From Heterodontus francisci (Eukaryota), in contig NC_090399.1 in NCBI RefSeq assembly GCF_036365525.1, positions 32,830,430 to 32,894,429 on the forward strand: a DNA stretch of 64,000 bases, written 5' to 3'. A model generated the notes under the pieces. It saw only the letters and a program-made list of their open reading frames with translations. It searched no databases and was not told the DNA's origin. How positions within the stretch are numbered: the stretch's first letter is position 1; every line of letters starts with the position of its first letter. The position numbers and the translations under genes were made by a program. Shown piece by piece: positions 14,191 to 26,597 of this stretch.

Positions 14191-14734
14191 GGCCCCGTCC
14201 ATCCGAGCACCGCGAAGCTGAGGTCCCAGGGCTGCCGGCTCCTGTGCCGAGCCCGACCCCATTCCCTCACCCCAGGTCCCAACTCCCTATCCCAGACCCT
14301 TGACTGGGCTTGTCCTGACACAAACCCCCCACTCACACAACATTGTCTTACTCGGAGACAGAGGGAGAAAGAGAGACGCTAGTGACCAGGTGGTGGGAAT
14401 GGAAAGGAGACGGACTCAAATAAAGAGCCTCCAGAAAAAAATTAATTCACACGAGAAGACTTTCAGCATCTGCATCATTTTGGCTTTTGTGAGAATGATT
14501 TGTTTTCTGAGCAGATGTGAGGAACTGAGAATGGAACCAGTAGATGTGGAGGAGAGACTGTGGATGCTGTATCCCCTCCTGTCCTGCAGGGGGTGGTCTC
14601 TTCCAGCCCCCACTCCGCCACTGGGGATTTTTTCACATCCCCAGTGATTCCTGCTGTCATTCAGTTGATGGAAGTCTGGGGATAAATATTCCATTCATGG
14701 ACTGGAAACACGGGGACCTGCCTCTGGGCTGCTC

Positions 14735-16626
14735 TCAGTTGTTTTGTTTGTTCATCAATTGAATAATTGATGTAACCGGATATTTCACCGCTCTCTTGAC
14801 CTGCTCTCTGAACTTGGACTGAGTCACCACATAAATAAATGTGTTTGTGCAGCAACTTAAATTCAGCAGCATATATCCGACTTCTTGAAATGTATAATCA
14901 GAATCAGAATCGAAGTGATCTGCGATTCCAAAGTAATATAAAACATATACCAACCACAGTTCCACAAGGATCTGTTCTGGGACCTCTGCTCTTTGTGATT
15001 TTTATAAATGACTTGGATGAGGAAGTGGAAGGCTGGGTTAGCAAGTTTGCCGATGACACGAAGGTTGCTGGAGTTGTGGATAGTGTGGAAGGCTGTTGTA
15101 GCTTGCAACGGGACATTGACAGGATGCAGAGCTGGGCTGAGAAGTGACAGATGGAGTTCAACCTGGAAAAGTGTGAAGTGATTAATTTTGGAAGGTCGAA
15201 TTTGAATGCGGAATACAGGCTTAAAGAAAGGATTCTTGGTAGTGTGGAGGAACAGAGGGATCTTGGGGTCCATGTCCATAGATCGCTCAAAGTTGCCACC
15301 CAAGTTGATAGGGTTGTTAAGAAGGCATATGGTGTGTTGGCTTTCATTAACAGGGGGATTGAGTTTAAGAGCCGCAAGGTTATGCTGCAGCTCTATAAGG
15401 CCCTGGTTTGACCACACTTGGAATATTGTGTTCAGTTCTGGCCACCTCATTATAGGAAGGATGTGGAAGCTTTAGAGAGGGTGCAGAGGAGATTTACCAG
15501 GATGCTGCCTGGACTGGAGGGCATGTCCTCCGAAGAAAGATTGAGGGAGCTAGGGCTTTTCTCATTGGAGCGAAGAAGGATGAGAGGTGACTTGATAGAG
15601 GGGTACAAGATGATGAGAGGCATAGATAGAGTGGATAGCCAGAGACTTTTTCCCAGGGTGGAAAGGGCTATCACCAGGGGACATAATTTTAAGGTGATTG
15701 GAGGAAGGTTTCGGGGAGATGTCAGAGGTAGGTTCCTTACACAGAGAGTGGTGGGTTCGTGGAATGCGCAGCCAGCGGTGGTAGTAGAAGCAGATACATT
15801 AGGGGCATTTAAGCGACTCTTGGATAGGTACATGGATGATAGTAGAATGAAGGGTAGGTAGTTAGTTTGATCTTAGAGTAGGTTAAAGGTTCGGCACAAT
15901 ATCGTGGGCCGAAGGGCCTGTACTGTGCTGTACTGTTATATGTTCTATGTTCTTGAAGTATGAAGTTGCCGGATATGGTGAAGAGTAAAATCACAGACTT
16001 CCTTCTGCTCTCCATCTCTGGGTCACTGCGATTCTCTCCCTTGCTCTGACCCCTCAGTCCCTTACGGACTCGACTGGTCACTAAAATGTGACTGACTGTC
16101 AGAGCATTAAGCAACAGGATTAAAGCGAATGGGATCAATGGAGTTAAAAGCTTTTCAAACTTGGCAAATCCCACCCATCCGGGCTCAGTATAACAGCTTG
16201 GCTTCATAAAACAGAATAATGGCACATTCTCGATTATCTCTCCAGGTTCATATACAATGTAAAAGGGGATGTTTTTTGAATAGAGCAGAATACAGGTTGT
16301 TGCTAGAACCACAGCCGCAGTTTTCTTGGTGCAACATTTTGTTTTCAGCTTCTGGCAACAAATGGCCACAAATCGATCAAAGGTGAAAGTGACGGTGAAC
16401 CAGACAGAACAGTCTATGGCTGTGTGGATCAGGACATTGATAACACTACACACAGGGGTGATGTCCAAGAAAGACACCGGGAAATAATAATAATTGATCT
16501 GGAACAGAATGACCTCAGTGATAATGACCAGTAGATCCACTGTTGCCATGACTACCAGGTAGCGAGTGGTGCAGGTGGAGAGGTTGCACTTTCCCCGGGA
16601 CAGGATCACAATCGCCAGTAAATTAA
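14735..16626 (-). pseudogene. GPR139-like rhodopsin-family GPCR, main coding exon (TM1 end to C-terminus), disrupted by a CR1 insertion in TM6
   Basis: Acceptor tctcttatag| at 16627. Reads (V)NLLAIVILSRGKC..DLLVII..FDRFVAIC..LIPFALILLLNALT..SGNFIL (16626-15956) and LWLVYV..SCCTNTFIYVVTQSKFR..* (14959-14735). Removing the insertion restores one open frame. The first exon was not located. Confidence 0.85.
14960..15954 (+). mobile_element. 5'-truncated CR1 LINE inserted in the GPCR exon
   Basis: VPQGSVLGPLLF..FADD RT motifs, CR1 C-terminus (EYCVQFW..LERVQRR..RGDLIE) and ttctatg-type 3' tail. Confidence 0.93.
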
Positions 16627-18129
16627 CTATAAGAGAGAGAAGGGAAAAGAGACTGGAAATTACTGATCAAATTCTCCATGTCTGACCCAGACAGTAAAGG
16701 CAGGATTTTAGCAACAAAAATAGTGGGGACTGGGGGCGGGTCAGAGGTTAAAATTTAAAAATCTCAACCCCCGACCCCAAATGACCTCTGAACCACCCAC
16801 TTCCCAGTTTAACGGAGTCAGGAAAGGGGACGGACAGACAACCACTCCCAGGAGGCGGGTTGGTAATTTAAATATTTAAATCAGAAGTCTCTGATTTACT
16901 CTGTTTTACAGGTTTAACTCTGTCCGGCTGGGATTCCCCGTTATACCCCACATCACATACAAAGACACCTGGGATTGGTCATTGGAACACGTTATGGGCT
17001 GTGGATGGTGGAACAAATGAGACACAACCTTGATCAGATCCAAAGTGGGGCGGTACCGGATTGGATCTATAGCACACAGTTGGCCCAGTTAGCTGGACTC
17101 AGGGGAATACGGGACAACTGTACCTTGAAGGGTTTGACCAGGGTATATCCAGCAGTCCCCAATTGCGAAGTCAGCCATATCATCGGGATAGAATGGTCCT
17201 TATGATTCCCATTGTTCCTGCGGATACCGGTCCTCTCCATGGATGATGCCATGTGCTCAAATGCTTGGGACATGGCAGCTGTCATGGCCTGGATGGACTC
17301 CCCCATCATCTGTTCAAGACTGCGCACGGCCTGTGACATCTCCACCAGATGTTGCCATGACTGCTGCTGCAGTTCCAGGATGCCCTGTGCTGTCCACAAC
17401 AGAGGGTCATCAGTAGCCTGGGCTCAGCATGGGCCTGGCCAGCCACAGTCCTCCAACTGTCAGGGGCCTCGGCTTTCTCAGTCTCAATCAGCTGCACGGG
17501 TGCGTGTGAAGTGCTCTCACCAGCCTGTGAACCATACTCTAAGGCCAATCGCATTCCCACCGAGGTGACTGTATCTGCGCTGGTGAAAGGTGCAGGAGTG
17601 TCATGGGACACTTTTTCTTCGGAGGATGTCTCTTCCTCTGAGGTGCAGGAGGTGTCCTGGGCCACCAAGGCATTAACCTGCATTTTACAATGATAATAGT
17701 ACACTCTCAGTCTTTATGGTACTTCTGTAACGATGATGACAGCATTGTCTCAATCAGTACGATTTTCACAGTGATCATTGTGTGTATCAAATGGCTGTAC
17801 GTTCATACAGGACCCCGAGCTCAATGTCACTGACTGCACAGTCCACATGTGTCGCTGCCAGTTTCAGGGCCTCCTCCTCAGCCTGTGTCAGCGTCTGGAG
17901 AGCCGGTACTCCTCCACCAGTCCGACTCGCCTCCTGAGCATTGTGGGATCTCTTTGCCTGGAGCAGCAAGGAGGTAGATATAAAGGATGATAGATCAACA
18001 AGTTGACACGTGTCACAAGAGGTGTGCTGGGCCCAAAGTTGGGTGATGCTCGGTGTGCACCACAAAGTGAGCCACCCATGTAGATGCCATGCTCTGAGCA
18101 TCAGACTAGGGTGAGTTCTTTCACTAAGG

Positions 18130-19830
18130 AGGACACAAATAACCTCCCAGAAATATTTGGGAACCAAGGGTCCAATGAGAGGGAGGAACTGAAGGAAATC
18201 ATTATTGGTAAAAAAAAATAGTGCTCGGTAAATTAATGGGGTTAAAGGCTGACAAATCCCCAGGCCCTGATAATCTACATCCCAGAGTACTAAAGGAAGA
18301 GGCCCTGGAAATAGTAGATGCATTGGTGGTCATCTTCCAAAATTTTATGGACTCTGGAGTAGTTCCTACAGATTGGAGGATGACAAATGCAACTCCACTA
18401 TTTCACAAATGAGGGAGAGAAAAAACGGAATTACAGACCAGTTAGCCTCACATCAGTAGTGGGGAAAATGCTAGAGTCTATTATAAAGGATGTGATAGCA
18501 GAACACCTGGAAAGCCATAAACAGGATTGGGCAAAGTCAGCATGGGTTTACTAAAGGGAAATCATGCTTCACAAATCTACTGGCGTTTTTTGAGGATGTA
18601 ACTAGTAGAATAGATAAGGAAGAACCAGTGGATGTGGTGTAATTGGATTTTCAGAAGGCTTTTGATAAGGTCCCACATAAGTGGTTAATGTGCAAAATTA
18701 GAGCACATGGGACTGGGGTAATATATTGGCATGGATTGAGAATTGGTTGACGCACAGGAAACAAAGAGTAGGAATAAACGGGTCTTTTTCCAGTTGGCAG
18801 GCAGTGACTAGTGGGGTACCGCAGGGATCAGTACTTGGGCCCTAGCTATTCACAATATATATTAATGACTTGGGTGAGGGAACTAAATGTAACATTTCCA
18901 AGTTTGCAGACAATGCAAAGCTGGGAGGGGAATGTGAGCTGTGAAGAAGATGCAAAGAGGCTCCAATGTGATTTGGACAAATTGGGTGAGTGGATAAATG
19001 CATGGAAGATGCAGTATAACGTGGATAAATGTGAGGTTATCCACTTTGGTTGTAAAAACAGAATGGCAGATTATCTGAATGGTGATAGATTGTGAAAGGG
19101 GGAGGTGCAACGAGATCTGGGTGTCCTTGTACACCAGTTGCTGAAAACAAGCATTCAGGTGCAGCAAGCAATTAGGAAGGCGAATAGTATGTTGGCCTTC
19201 ATTGCAAGAGGATTTGAGTACAGGACCAAGGATGTCTTACTGCAGTTATACAGGGCCTTGGTGAGACCACATCTGGAGTATTGTGTGCAGTTTTGGTCTC
19301 CTTATCTGAGGAAGGAGATTCTTACCATGGAGGGAGTGTAAAGAAGGTTTACTAGGCTGATTCCTGGGAATGCAGGATTGACATAGGAGGAGAGATTGGG
19401 TCGACTAGGCCTCTATTCACTAGAGTTTAGAAGAATGAGAGGGGATCTCATAGAAGCCTATAAAATTCTAACAGGACTAGACAGGCTAGATACAGGGAGG
19501 ATGTTCCTGATGGCTGGGGAGTCCAGAACCAGGGGCCACAGTATCAGGATACAGGGTATGCTATTTAGAACTGAGATGATGAGAAATTTCTTCACTCAGA
19601 GGGTGGTAAACCTGTGGAATTCTCTACTGCAGAAGGCAGCGGACTCCAAGTCATTAAATCTATTCAAGAAGGAGATAGATATAATTCTTAATGCCAAAGG
19701 GATCAAGGGATATGGGGAAAAAGTGGGAACAGGGTACTGAATTAGACAATCAGCCATGATCATTTTTGAATGGTGGAGCAGGCCCAAAGGGCCGAATGGC
19801 CTACACCTGCTCCTATTTTCTATGTTTCCA
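18130..19830 (+). mobile_element. CR1 LINE (RT half plus 3' tail)
   Basis: KSPGPDNLHPRVLKE, LEYCVQFWSP, RGDLIEAYK, FFTQRVVNLWNSL. Confidence 0.9.
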
Positions 19831-19844
19831 TGTTTCTTTCATTC

Positions 19845-21376
19845 TGTTATGACCAGGTGAGAAAGAGATCTCGGGTTCCCTTTTAGCCTTCACCTGGTCT
19901 TACAGTAGAGTCATAGAGTCGTACAGCATAGAAACAGGCCCTTCGGCCCATCGTGTCCATGCTGACCATAATGCCTATCTATACTAATCCCACCTGCCTG
20001 CATTAATTCCATATCCCTCTATGCCTTGCTCATTCAAGTACCTGTCCAGATGCCTCTTAAACATTGCTACTGTTCCTGCCTCCACCACCTCCTCAGGCAG
20101 ATCATTCCAGATACCCACTATTCTTGGTGTAAAAAAATTACCCCTTTGATCCCCTTTAAACCTCCTCCCTCTCACCTTAAATCAATGCCCTCCAGTTTTA
20201 GTCACCCCTACCATGGGAAACAGACCCTGGCTATCTACCCTATCTATGCCTCTCATAATTTTTCATACCTCTATCATGTCTATCATGTGTGGGATTAAAA
20301 TTCCCCCCATGATTGCAGATGACCCAGGTTAGAAACTAAATACCTTTTAGAAAACATAGGCAAAATTGCAAAAGAGAGTGTAAAGCCCTGAAAATGAAGG
20401 ATGATGTAAAGAAGCAGTGAGACATATTCCTGCAATTTTTTTTCTCCTTCAGGTATTTATCCAATTCCCTTTTGAAGGCCACTACTGAATTTGTATTTGG
20501 AAGTGCATTCCAAATCCAAACACTTAACAGGATTTAATTTTAAACACACCGTGTTTTTAGCTCCCCCTGCCTGAATCCTTGTTCACTGCTTTCCAATTAT
20601 AAGGCAAAGAAACCAGCACAAACAGGCTTTCTCAGGTTTAAAAAAGAAAAGATGAAATTTATTAAACTTAAATTCTAATTCGGTTAATGCCTATGGATAC
20701 ATGCTGCGCCCCACGCCAGCATGCATAGGTGATACGCACATGCAAATAGAGACAGAAAAGAGCAAAAGAAAAATAAAGTGGAAAGGTCTGAGGCAATATC
20801 TGAAGAGTTGTTGTTATGGTTCTTCGAGCTCATTGTGGAGTCCTTGATTGTCGGTAGATCTTGCTTTTCATTGGGGCCCAGTATTCTTCTTAAACCTTGT
20901 TTGTGGTAGGAGACTTTTCTCACTTGGGGTTCATGAGTCTTCACTGGATTCAGAGGCTTGTGAGAAAGAGATGGGAGCAGACAGGAGAGAGCAATCTGCT
21001 CAGTCCAGGAGCAAACTGCTCTCTGCCCAAATCGTTTGGAGAAATTCAAAAAGCTCAGGTTGCCCAGCAGGTTAGTCATGTGACTAGCTGGTTTGACCAT
21101 GTCTGTTTGTGTATTCGCCCATCTTAGCAGTCAACCTGGAATGTGAGCTCCCCCACCTTCAACGTCTGGTGATCAAAAGTCCATTATAGTTTGAATATCA
21201 GGAAATGGCTGCTTTGTCCTTCCAAACACTGACTATTAATATGCAAATGTATTTTCTAGCCATGGCTGATCTGTTCAACAAGTACTGTTTAACTCCAGTA
21301 ACAATTTAAAATGTTTAAACAGTTCATGACAAAATCAATGTGCCCCATTCTTGGCAGGTGGGGACCGAGCATGACA
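19845..21376 (-). mobile_element. Solo LTR (same family as 26598-27398) interrupted by a CR1 3' fragment at ~19908-20280
   Basis: Termini tgttatgaccaggtgagaa...gcatgaca resemble the reverse complement of the 26598 LTR. Confidence 0.7.
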
Positions 21377-22199
21377 ATACATTCATCCATTTATATCACG
21401 TCATTCCTCCCTGCCCAAACTCACTGTCTTCGGCATGGCAGTGGTACACATGTGTCACTTTGTGAAGGGGACACCCAGGTTCAGTGGAGCCAGGACACAA
21501 AGTGCCATTTACTTGTGCGGTGTGGAGAAGATCGTTCATCCTCTTTCGACACTGAACCCAGTCACGCCGGATGACCCCACGGCTACTGACCTCCTCTGCC
21601 ACCTCCAGCCAGGCTGCTTTGGTCGGGCGGCAGGGCCTCTTCTTAGCATCACTGTGGAAAAGGACCTCCCGCCTTTCCCGCACAGCCTGGAGGAGAGTGA
21701 GCAGGGAGGCATCCCTGAACCATGGGGCCACCCTGGAGCATCCCTCTGACATCTTTGGATTTTTGTCTGGTCCTTTAAATGCACAGGTTATTCTACAATG
21801 TAACTGCTCGAACATCTGGCTGCAAAGGCCTTTTCTCAGGTTTTAAAACTAATGCGGGACTGGCTGCCCAGCACCTGTTTATCATACGACCCAACACCGA
21901 TCATAGCGCCAGAAATCCTGTCCCCGCCACATTTTTTGTTGGGGGGTGGGGGGGAGGGGGCAGCACATCGCGTGTATGTTAATTAGCCGTCGCGCTCAAG
22001 ATTGGCGGCAAGCTGGTAAAATGCAACTCACTGTCTCCCACTGTCTCCGAGCTCAAAACTTAACAAAGAGAGCTGTAAGAAAACAGTTATATCGTAAGTA
22101 GGTGTAAATGGTCAGCATCCATCCCCATTGTGTAGAAACGACTTAGACCTTCAAATCATTCTGGGTGGACAATAGAAGCTTTGATCAGCTGCAAATGAA

Positions 22200-24635
22200 A
22201 CAGTATCCCCCTATCCCCCGATGGAAATGAGCAAGTCCATCGTACTGCTCAGGGATACCGGGGCCACTCAATCCCTGATGTTGAAAAAGACCTGACACTT
22301 CCCCCAGAAAGCTGCATGAATGCCAAGACCCTAATCAATGGGATTGGAGGAGGATACATGTCCATTCCCCTCTATTGGGTTCACTTACAATGTGACCTAG
22401 TCTCCAGACCAGTCACTGTAGGGATTGTCCCTGAGCTGTCGGTGGCTGGGATAGATTTCCTGCTGGGTAATAATTTAGCTGGCAGTAAGGTGGTAATATC
22501 CCCCATAATCCTAGACCAGCTGAGTGAGAAGAGAGAAACAGAGCAGTTACAGGAGGAAGTCCTGGGGTTCTTCCCAGACTGTGTAGTGAGCCAATCCCAA
22601 ACCAGGCAGGTAAGTTTAAATAGTGAGATGCCAGGAACTCGGTTAGATGAGCCAGAGGTCTGGTTGTCTGAGAGCTTCTTTGGGAACCTGAATGAAGGAG
22701 AGGAGGTGCTCAGCCGAGCCTCCTTAGCTAAGACTCAGCAGACAGACCCTACCCTAAAGTCTATAGCACAGACTGTCTGCTCTGAGGCAGAATCCATCCA
22801 GGTCCCAGGTACCTGAGAGATGGGATAGTAATGCAGAAGTGGAGATTCCCTGAGAGACTGGTAGAAGAGGAGCGGACAGTGCTTCACCAGATTGTAGTGT
22901 CCCCAGAGTACTGTAAGGAAATCTAACAAATTGTCCGTGTTCTTCTAATGGCTGGACGGGGGGCGGGGGGCGGGGGGGTGGTGCGGGGGTCACAAGACCC
23001 CAGCCCGAATAAGCAGCCATTTTTACTGGCCTCACCTCTGGTCTGATGAGGCCGAATTCTGCAAGACCTGTCACACTTGTTAGTCTGCGGGAAAGCCACA
23101 GTGCACAATGAAACCTGCCCCAATCAAACCCGCACTGGTGTTTAGTGAACCCTTTAACAGAATCCTGATAGACTGTGTAGGACCCTCACCCAGAACCAGG
23201 ACAGGGTATCAGTACCTCCTCACTATAATGGACCTGGTCACCTGACACCCTAAGGCCACACCCCTCCCAACCCCCCTCAACAAAATCACAACTAAAGATG
23301 TGATTGAGGGTCTGATCCAGTTCTTTACCCTGTATGGCCTGTCAAGAGAGATCCAATTAGATCAGGGAATGAATTTCATGTCCCATGTGTTTCAGGAGGT
23401 TGTCCACTGCCGAGGTATAATACAGTTAAAATCCTCAGCCTCCCACCCACAGACCCAAGGAGTGTTAGAACGGTATCATCAGACCCTCAGAACCATGATC
23501 TGAACATACTGTCTTGAATACCCTCATGATTGGGATAAGAGATTAGGATTCTTATTGTTCACCAAGAGAGATTCACCTAATGAATCCACAGGCTTCAGCC
23601 CATTCAAATTAATTTATAGACATGAAGTGCGAGGCCCCTAAAGCCAGTAAAAGATAAATTTCTGGAGCTAAGGGAGGAAGCCTCACTATTAGATACGTGT
23701 CCACGTTTCATGAATTGTTCTTTAACGCGTGTCTGTGGCCAAAGAGCATTTAAAAGATTCACAGCCAATCATGAAGAAGCAGGTAAACAGACAGACTGAG
23801 ACTTAAACTCTCCAGCCAGGAGATCAGGTCTTGGTCCTGTTACCACTACCAAGTCATCCCTTTGGAGCAAAATTTCGTGTCCAGTACAGTGTGACTAAAA
23901 GTATCAATGAGGTAAATTATCTGATTCGTACCCCAGACCAAAGAAAGAAACACCATTTAAACCACCTTAAAATGTTAAAAAATATTATTTCCGAGAACCC
24001 AGCCAACCAGTCAGTGTTTGTCAGAAGGTGGGGATAGAAGAGGACAGCAGTGTCAGCAAGGACGGGATAGACGAGGAAGAGGGACTAGAAAACTCACAGG
24101 TTGAACCCCTGACTGTACGACCGGCAAACACAGAGATTGTGGAGGGTTTAAACATCATGATGACCTATTTAATTGATGACCTAAAGAAAAATATAACCAG
24201 CCTGCACAGGGAGTTTAAAGAAGTTTGGGCGGCACAGTGGCGCAGTGGTTAGCACCGCAGCCTCACAGCTCCAGCGACCCGGGTTCAATTCTGGGTACTG
24301 CCTGTGTGGAGTTTGCAAGTTCTCCCTGTGTCTGCGTGGGTTTCCTCCGGGTGCTCCGGTTTCCTCCCACAGCCAAAAGACTTGCAGGTTGATAGGTAAA
24401 TTGGCCATTATAAATTGCCGCTATTATAGGTAGGTGGTAGGGGAATATAGGGACAGGTGGGGATGTGGTAGGAATATGGGATTAGTGTAGGATTAGTATA
24501 AATGGGTGGTTAATGGTCGGCACAGACTCGGTGGGCCGAAGGGCCTGTTTCAGTGCTGTATCTCAAAATCAAAATCAAAAAAGTGCCTAGTGATGAACCG
24601 GGATGTTCCTTGCCGACAGTTCATGGTGTGGATGT
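22200..24635 (+). mobile_element. Gmr1-like Gypsy remnant (protease-integrase-start of RT)
   Basis: RDTGATQSL (22251), DFLLGNNLAG, ILIDCVGP, LDQGMNFMS..HPQTQGVLERYHQTL; integrase lies upstream of RT. Confidence 0.8.
24228..24580 (+). mobile_element. tRNA-derived SINE (HE1/V-SINE-like), full length
   Basis: A-box-like TGGCGCAGTGG, B-box-like GGTTCAATTC, core ttctccctgtgtctgcgtgggtttcctccggg, CR1-like 3' tail gggccgaagggcctgt. Confidence 0.85.
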
Positions 24636-25836
24636 TGTAATGTGTGTACAGAAAGTGTGTTCGTATTTCTCTTGCTTTACCGGGAAAGCAATGTAAAAGA
24701 AAAAGACATTCCACTCTTTCTCCATGTGGCGGAGGTGTGTCATACCCAGTAAAGTTATGGCCTATTCATAACATTAAACATGAACTGGATTCTGCATAGA
24801 ACCTTCTGGAACTGAATTGTCTTTTCAATGAACCACAACAGACATTATAAGTCTACACAAGATGGCTGCCAAGGGTCAGGTGACTTTTGCAATTTCAGCC
24901 CAGACTCAGAGTTATCTCCAGCCTCCGGAAAGTTCCTAATTGAATGACCATGGATGGAGTGCCTCCCTTTAATGGACATAACAAAGACAAAACCATTTGT
25001 GGAATTCACACCTCCGATTGTTTGTGGTCTGACCCAAAACTCAATATCTATGAACTCACTGTCTCTGAGCTCAACACTTAACAAAGAGAGCTAGAAGAAA
25101 ACAGTTAAATCATAAGTAGGTGTGAATGATCACCATCCATCCCCATTGTGTAGAAATGGCTTCAACCTTCAAATCATTCTGGGTGGACAATAGAAATATT
25201 GTTCAGGTGGTCACCTGACTGAAACTCATCACAAATAATGAATCTTATTACTCCAAGCAGCAGGGAGAAACTGGTCATTCTGAAAACGGCAGCCGGAGAG
25301 ACAACAACAGAGGCAGAGCACCTATACCTTAAAACTGGAGGCTGTAATATTCTAAGGTCTCCAAACCTGTTCCTTTTCAAGTTCACCAGTCCAGAAAACT
25401 GACCTCTGAGTGATGAGACTACAAGAAACTAATTTCATGACCTGCTGAAAATCCACCTCATCGAGAGAATCTGGCAATAACTTTGATTTACTACTCCGTC
25501 TATCAAATCCACATAACTGCATTTCAGGATTAACAACGCCTTCATCACCAGGACCATAACACATCCCTTTTCCCCAAGATGAGATAAATCACATGATTTA
25601 CGAACTATTCCTTTGTTGGCAATTTGTAAAAGTGCATTATCCCCTTTAACGACTTTCTTTCTCGGGTGTGTGAGTGGTGAGTGAGTGGAATTGCGTTAGA
25701 GTTTCTGGGTGCATGTGAAAAAAAGAATCCTCTTTAGTTAAACCTATGAAAAGCGTGCTACTAATTATTCAAGTTGGACATTCACTGAGCGGTTAAGAAA
25801 CACAGCCACTTTCTTGTCAAAAACACACTGATTACG
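24636..25836 (+). mobile_element. Probable solo LTR
   Basis: TGTAAT...ATTACG termini; its internal segment 25054-25195 recurs at 22025-22177. Confidence 0.5.
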
Positions 25837-26300
25837 AAAGTAAAGGGAAGTAAACTGGGGTTTCAGTTCTCTCTCAATCCTGTCAGTAACAGACATTTAA
25901 GTTAGAAAGTGGGGAGATATTTGATAATAAAAGAGATGGTAAACGCTCTGGTTTGGATGCATTGCATCCAGACAAACTATAAAACGAAGGGAAGAGATAG
26001 ACATTATGTTCTGAGGATTTTAAGTGTAAGAAACGTCATTATACAGAGGATTAAGATGCTGTAAAAGTGCTGTCCTGCTCTTTAACTGTCAGTAAGTAGT
26101 TAACATCTGTTTCTGTTGGAGCAGTTCAATAGGAGACAGAGCAATATCAATATATTTCACTTTATACACTTATTACCAAACATCAGCAAACACCACTTTG
26201 CAATCAATTACATTTTTAAAACACAGAGGTAGCTTCATGCAATGGAGATATCAGATACATGAAACAGTGATTTCAAAATAGAACTGGGTTGTACAATTGT

Positions 26301-26597
26301 ACTCAGTACAATTCCACAGTGACAGATACTCCCAGTAATACATGGTCACTGGGTTCAGGTGTTCCCCTCAAGTTAGTGACCCACACTCAGTACAATTCCA
26401 CAGTGACAGATGCTCCCAGTAATACATGGTCACTGGGTTCAGGTGTTCCACTCCAGTTAGTAACCCACATTCAATACAATTCCGCAGTAACAGATACTCC
26501 TAGCCATACATGGTCACTGGGATCAGGTGTTGCACCCCAGTTAGTGACCCTCACTCAGTACAATTCCACAGTGACAGATACTCCCAGTAATACATGG
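26301..26597. repeat. 84-bp tandem repeat, about 3.5 copies
   Basis: Units start at 26301, 26385, 26469 and 26553; truncated by the LTR. Confidence 0.9.

Larger units (their letters stand above)
17215..21752 (-). mobile_element. PIF/Harbinger-type Myb/SANT-like gene remnant (multi-exon), split by nested CR1 and LTR
   Basis: Exon 21752-21513 (APWFRDASLLTLLQAVRERREVLF..AWLEVAEEV..WVQCRKRMNDL) with donor GTAAAT. Acceptor ctccag| at 17957 gives AKRSHNAQEASRTGGG..LTQAEE. Further coiled-coil-like pieces at ~17215-17680. Confidence 0.65.

Noticed and set aside
24228-24300. tRNA gene
   Set aside because: Only the A/B-box head of a SINE; no full cloverleaf.
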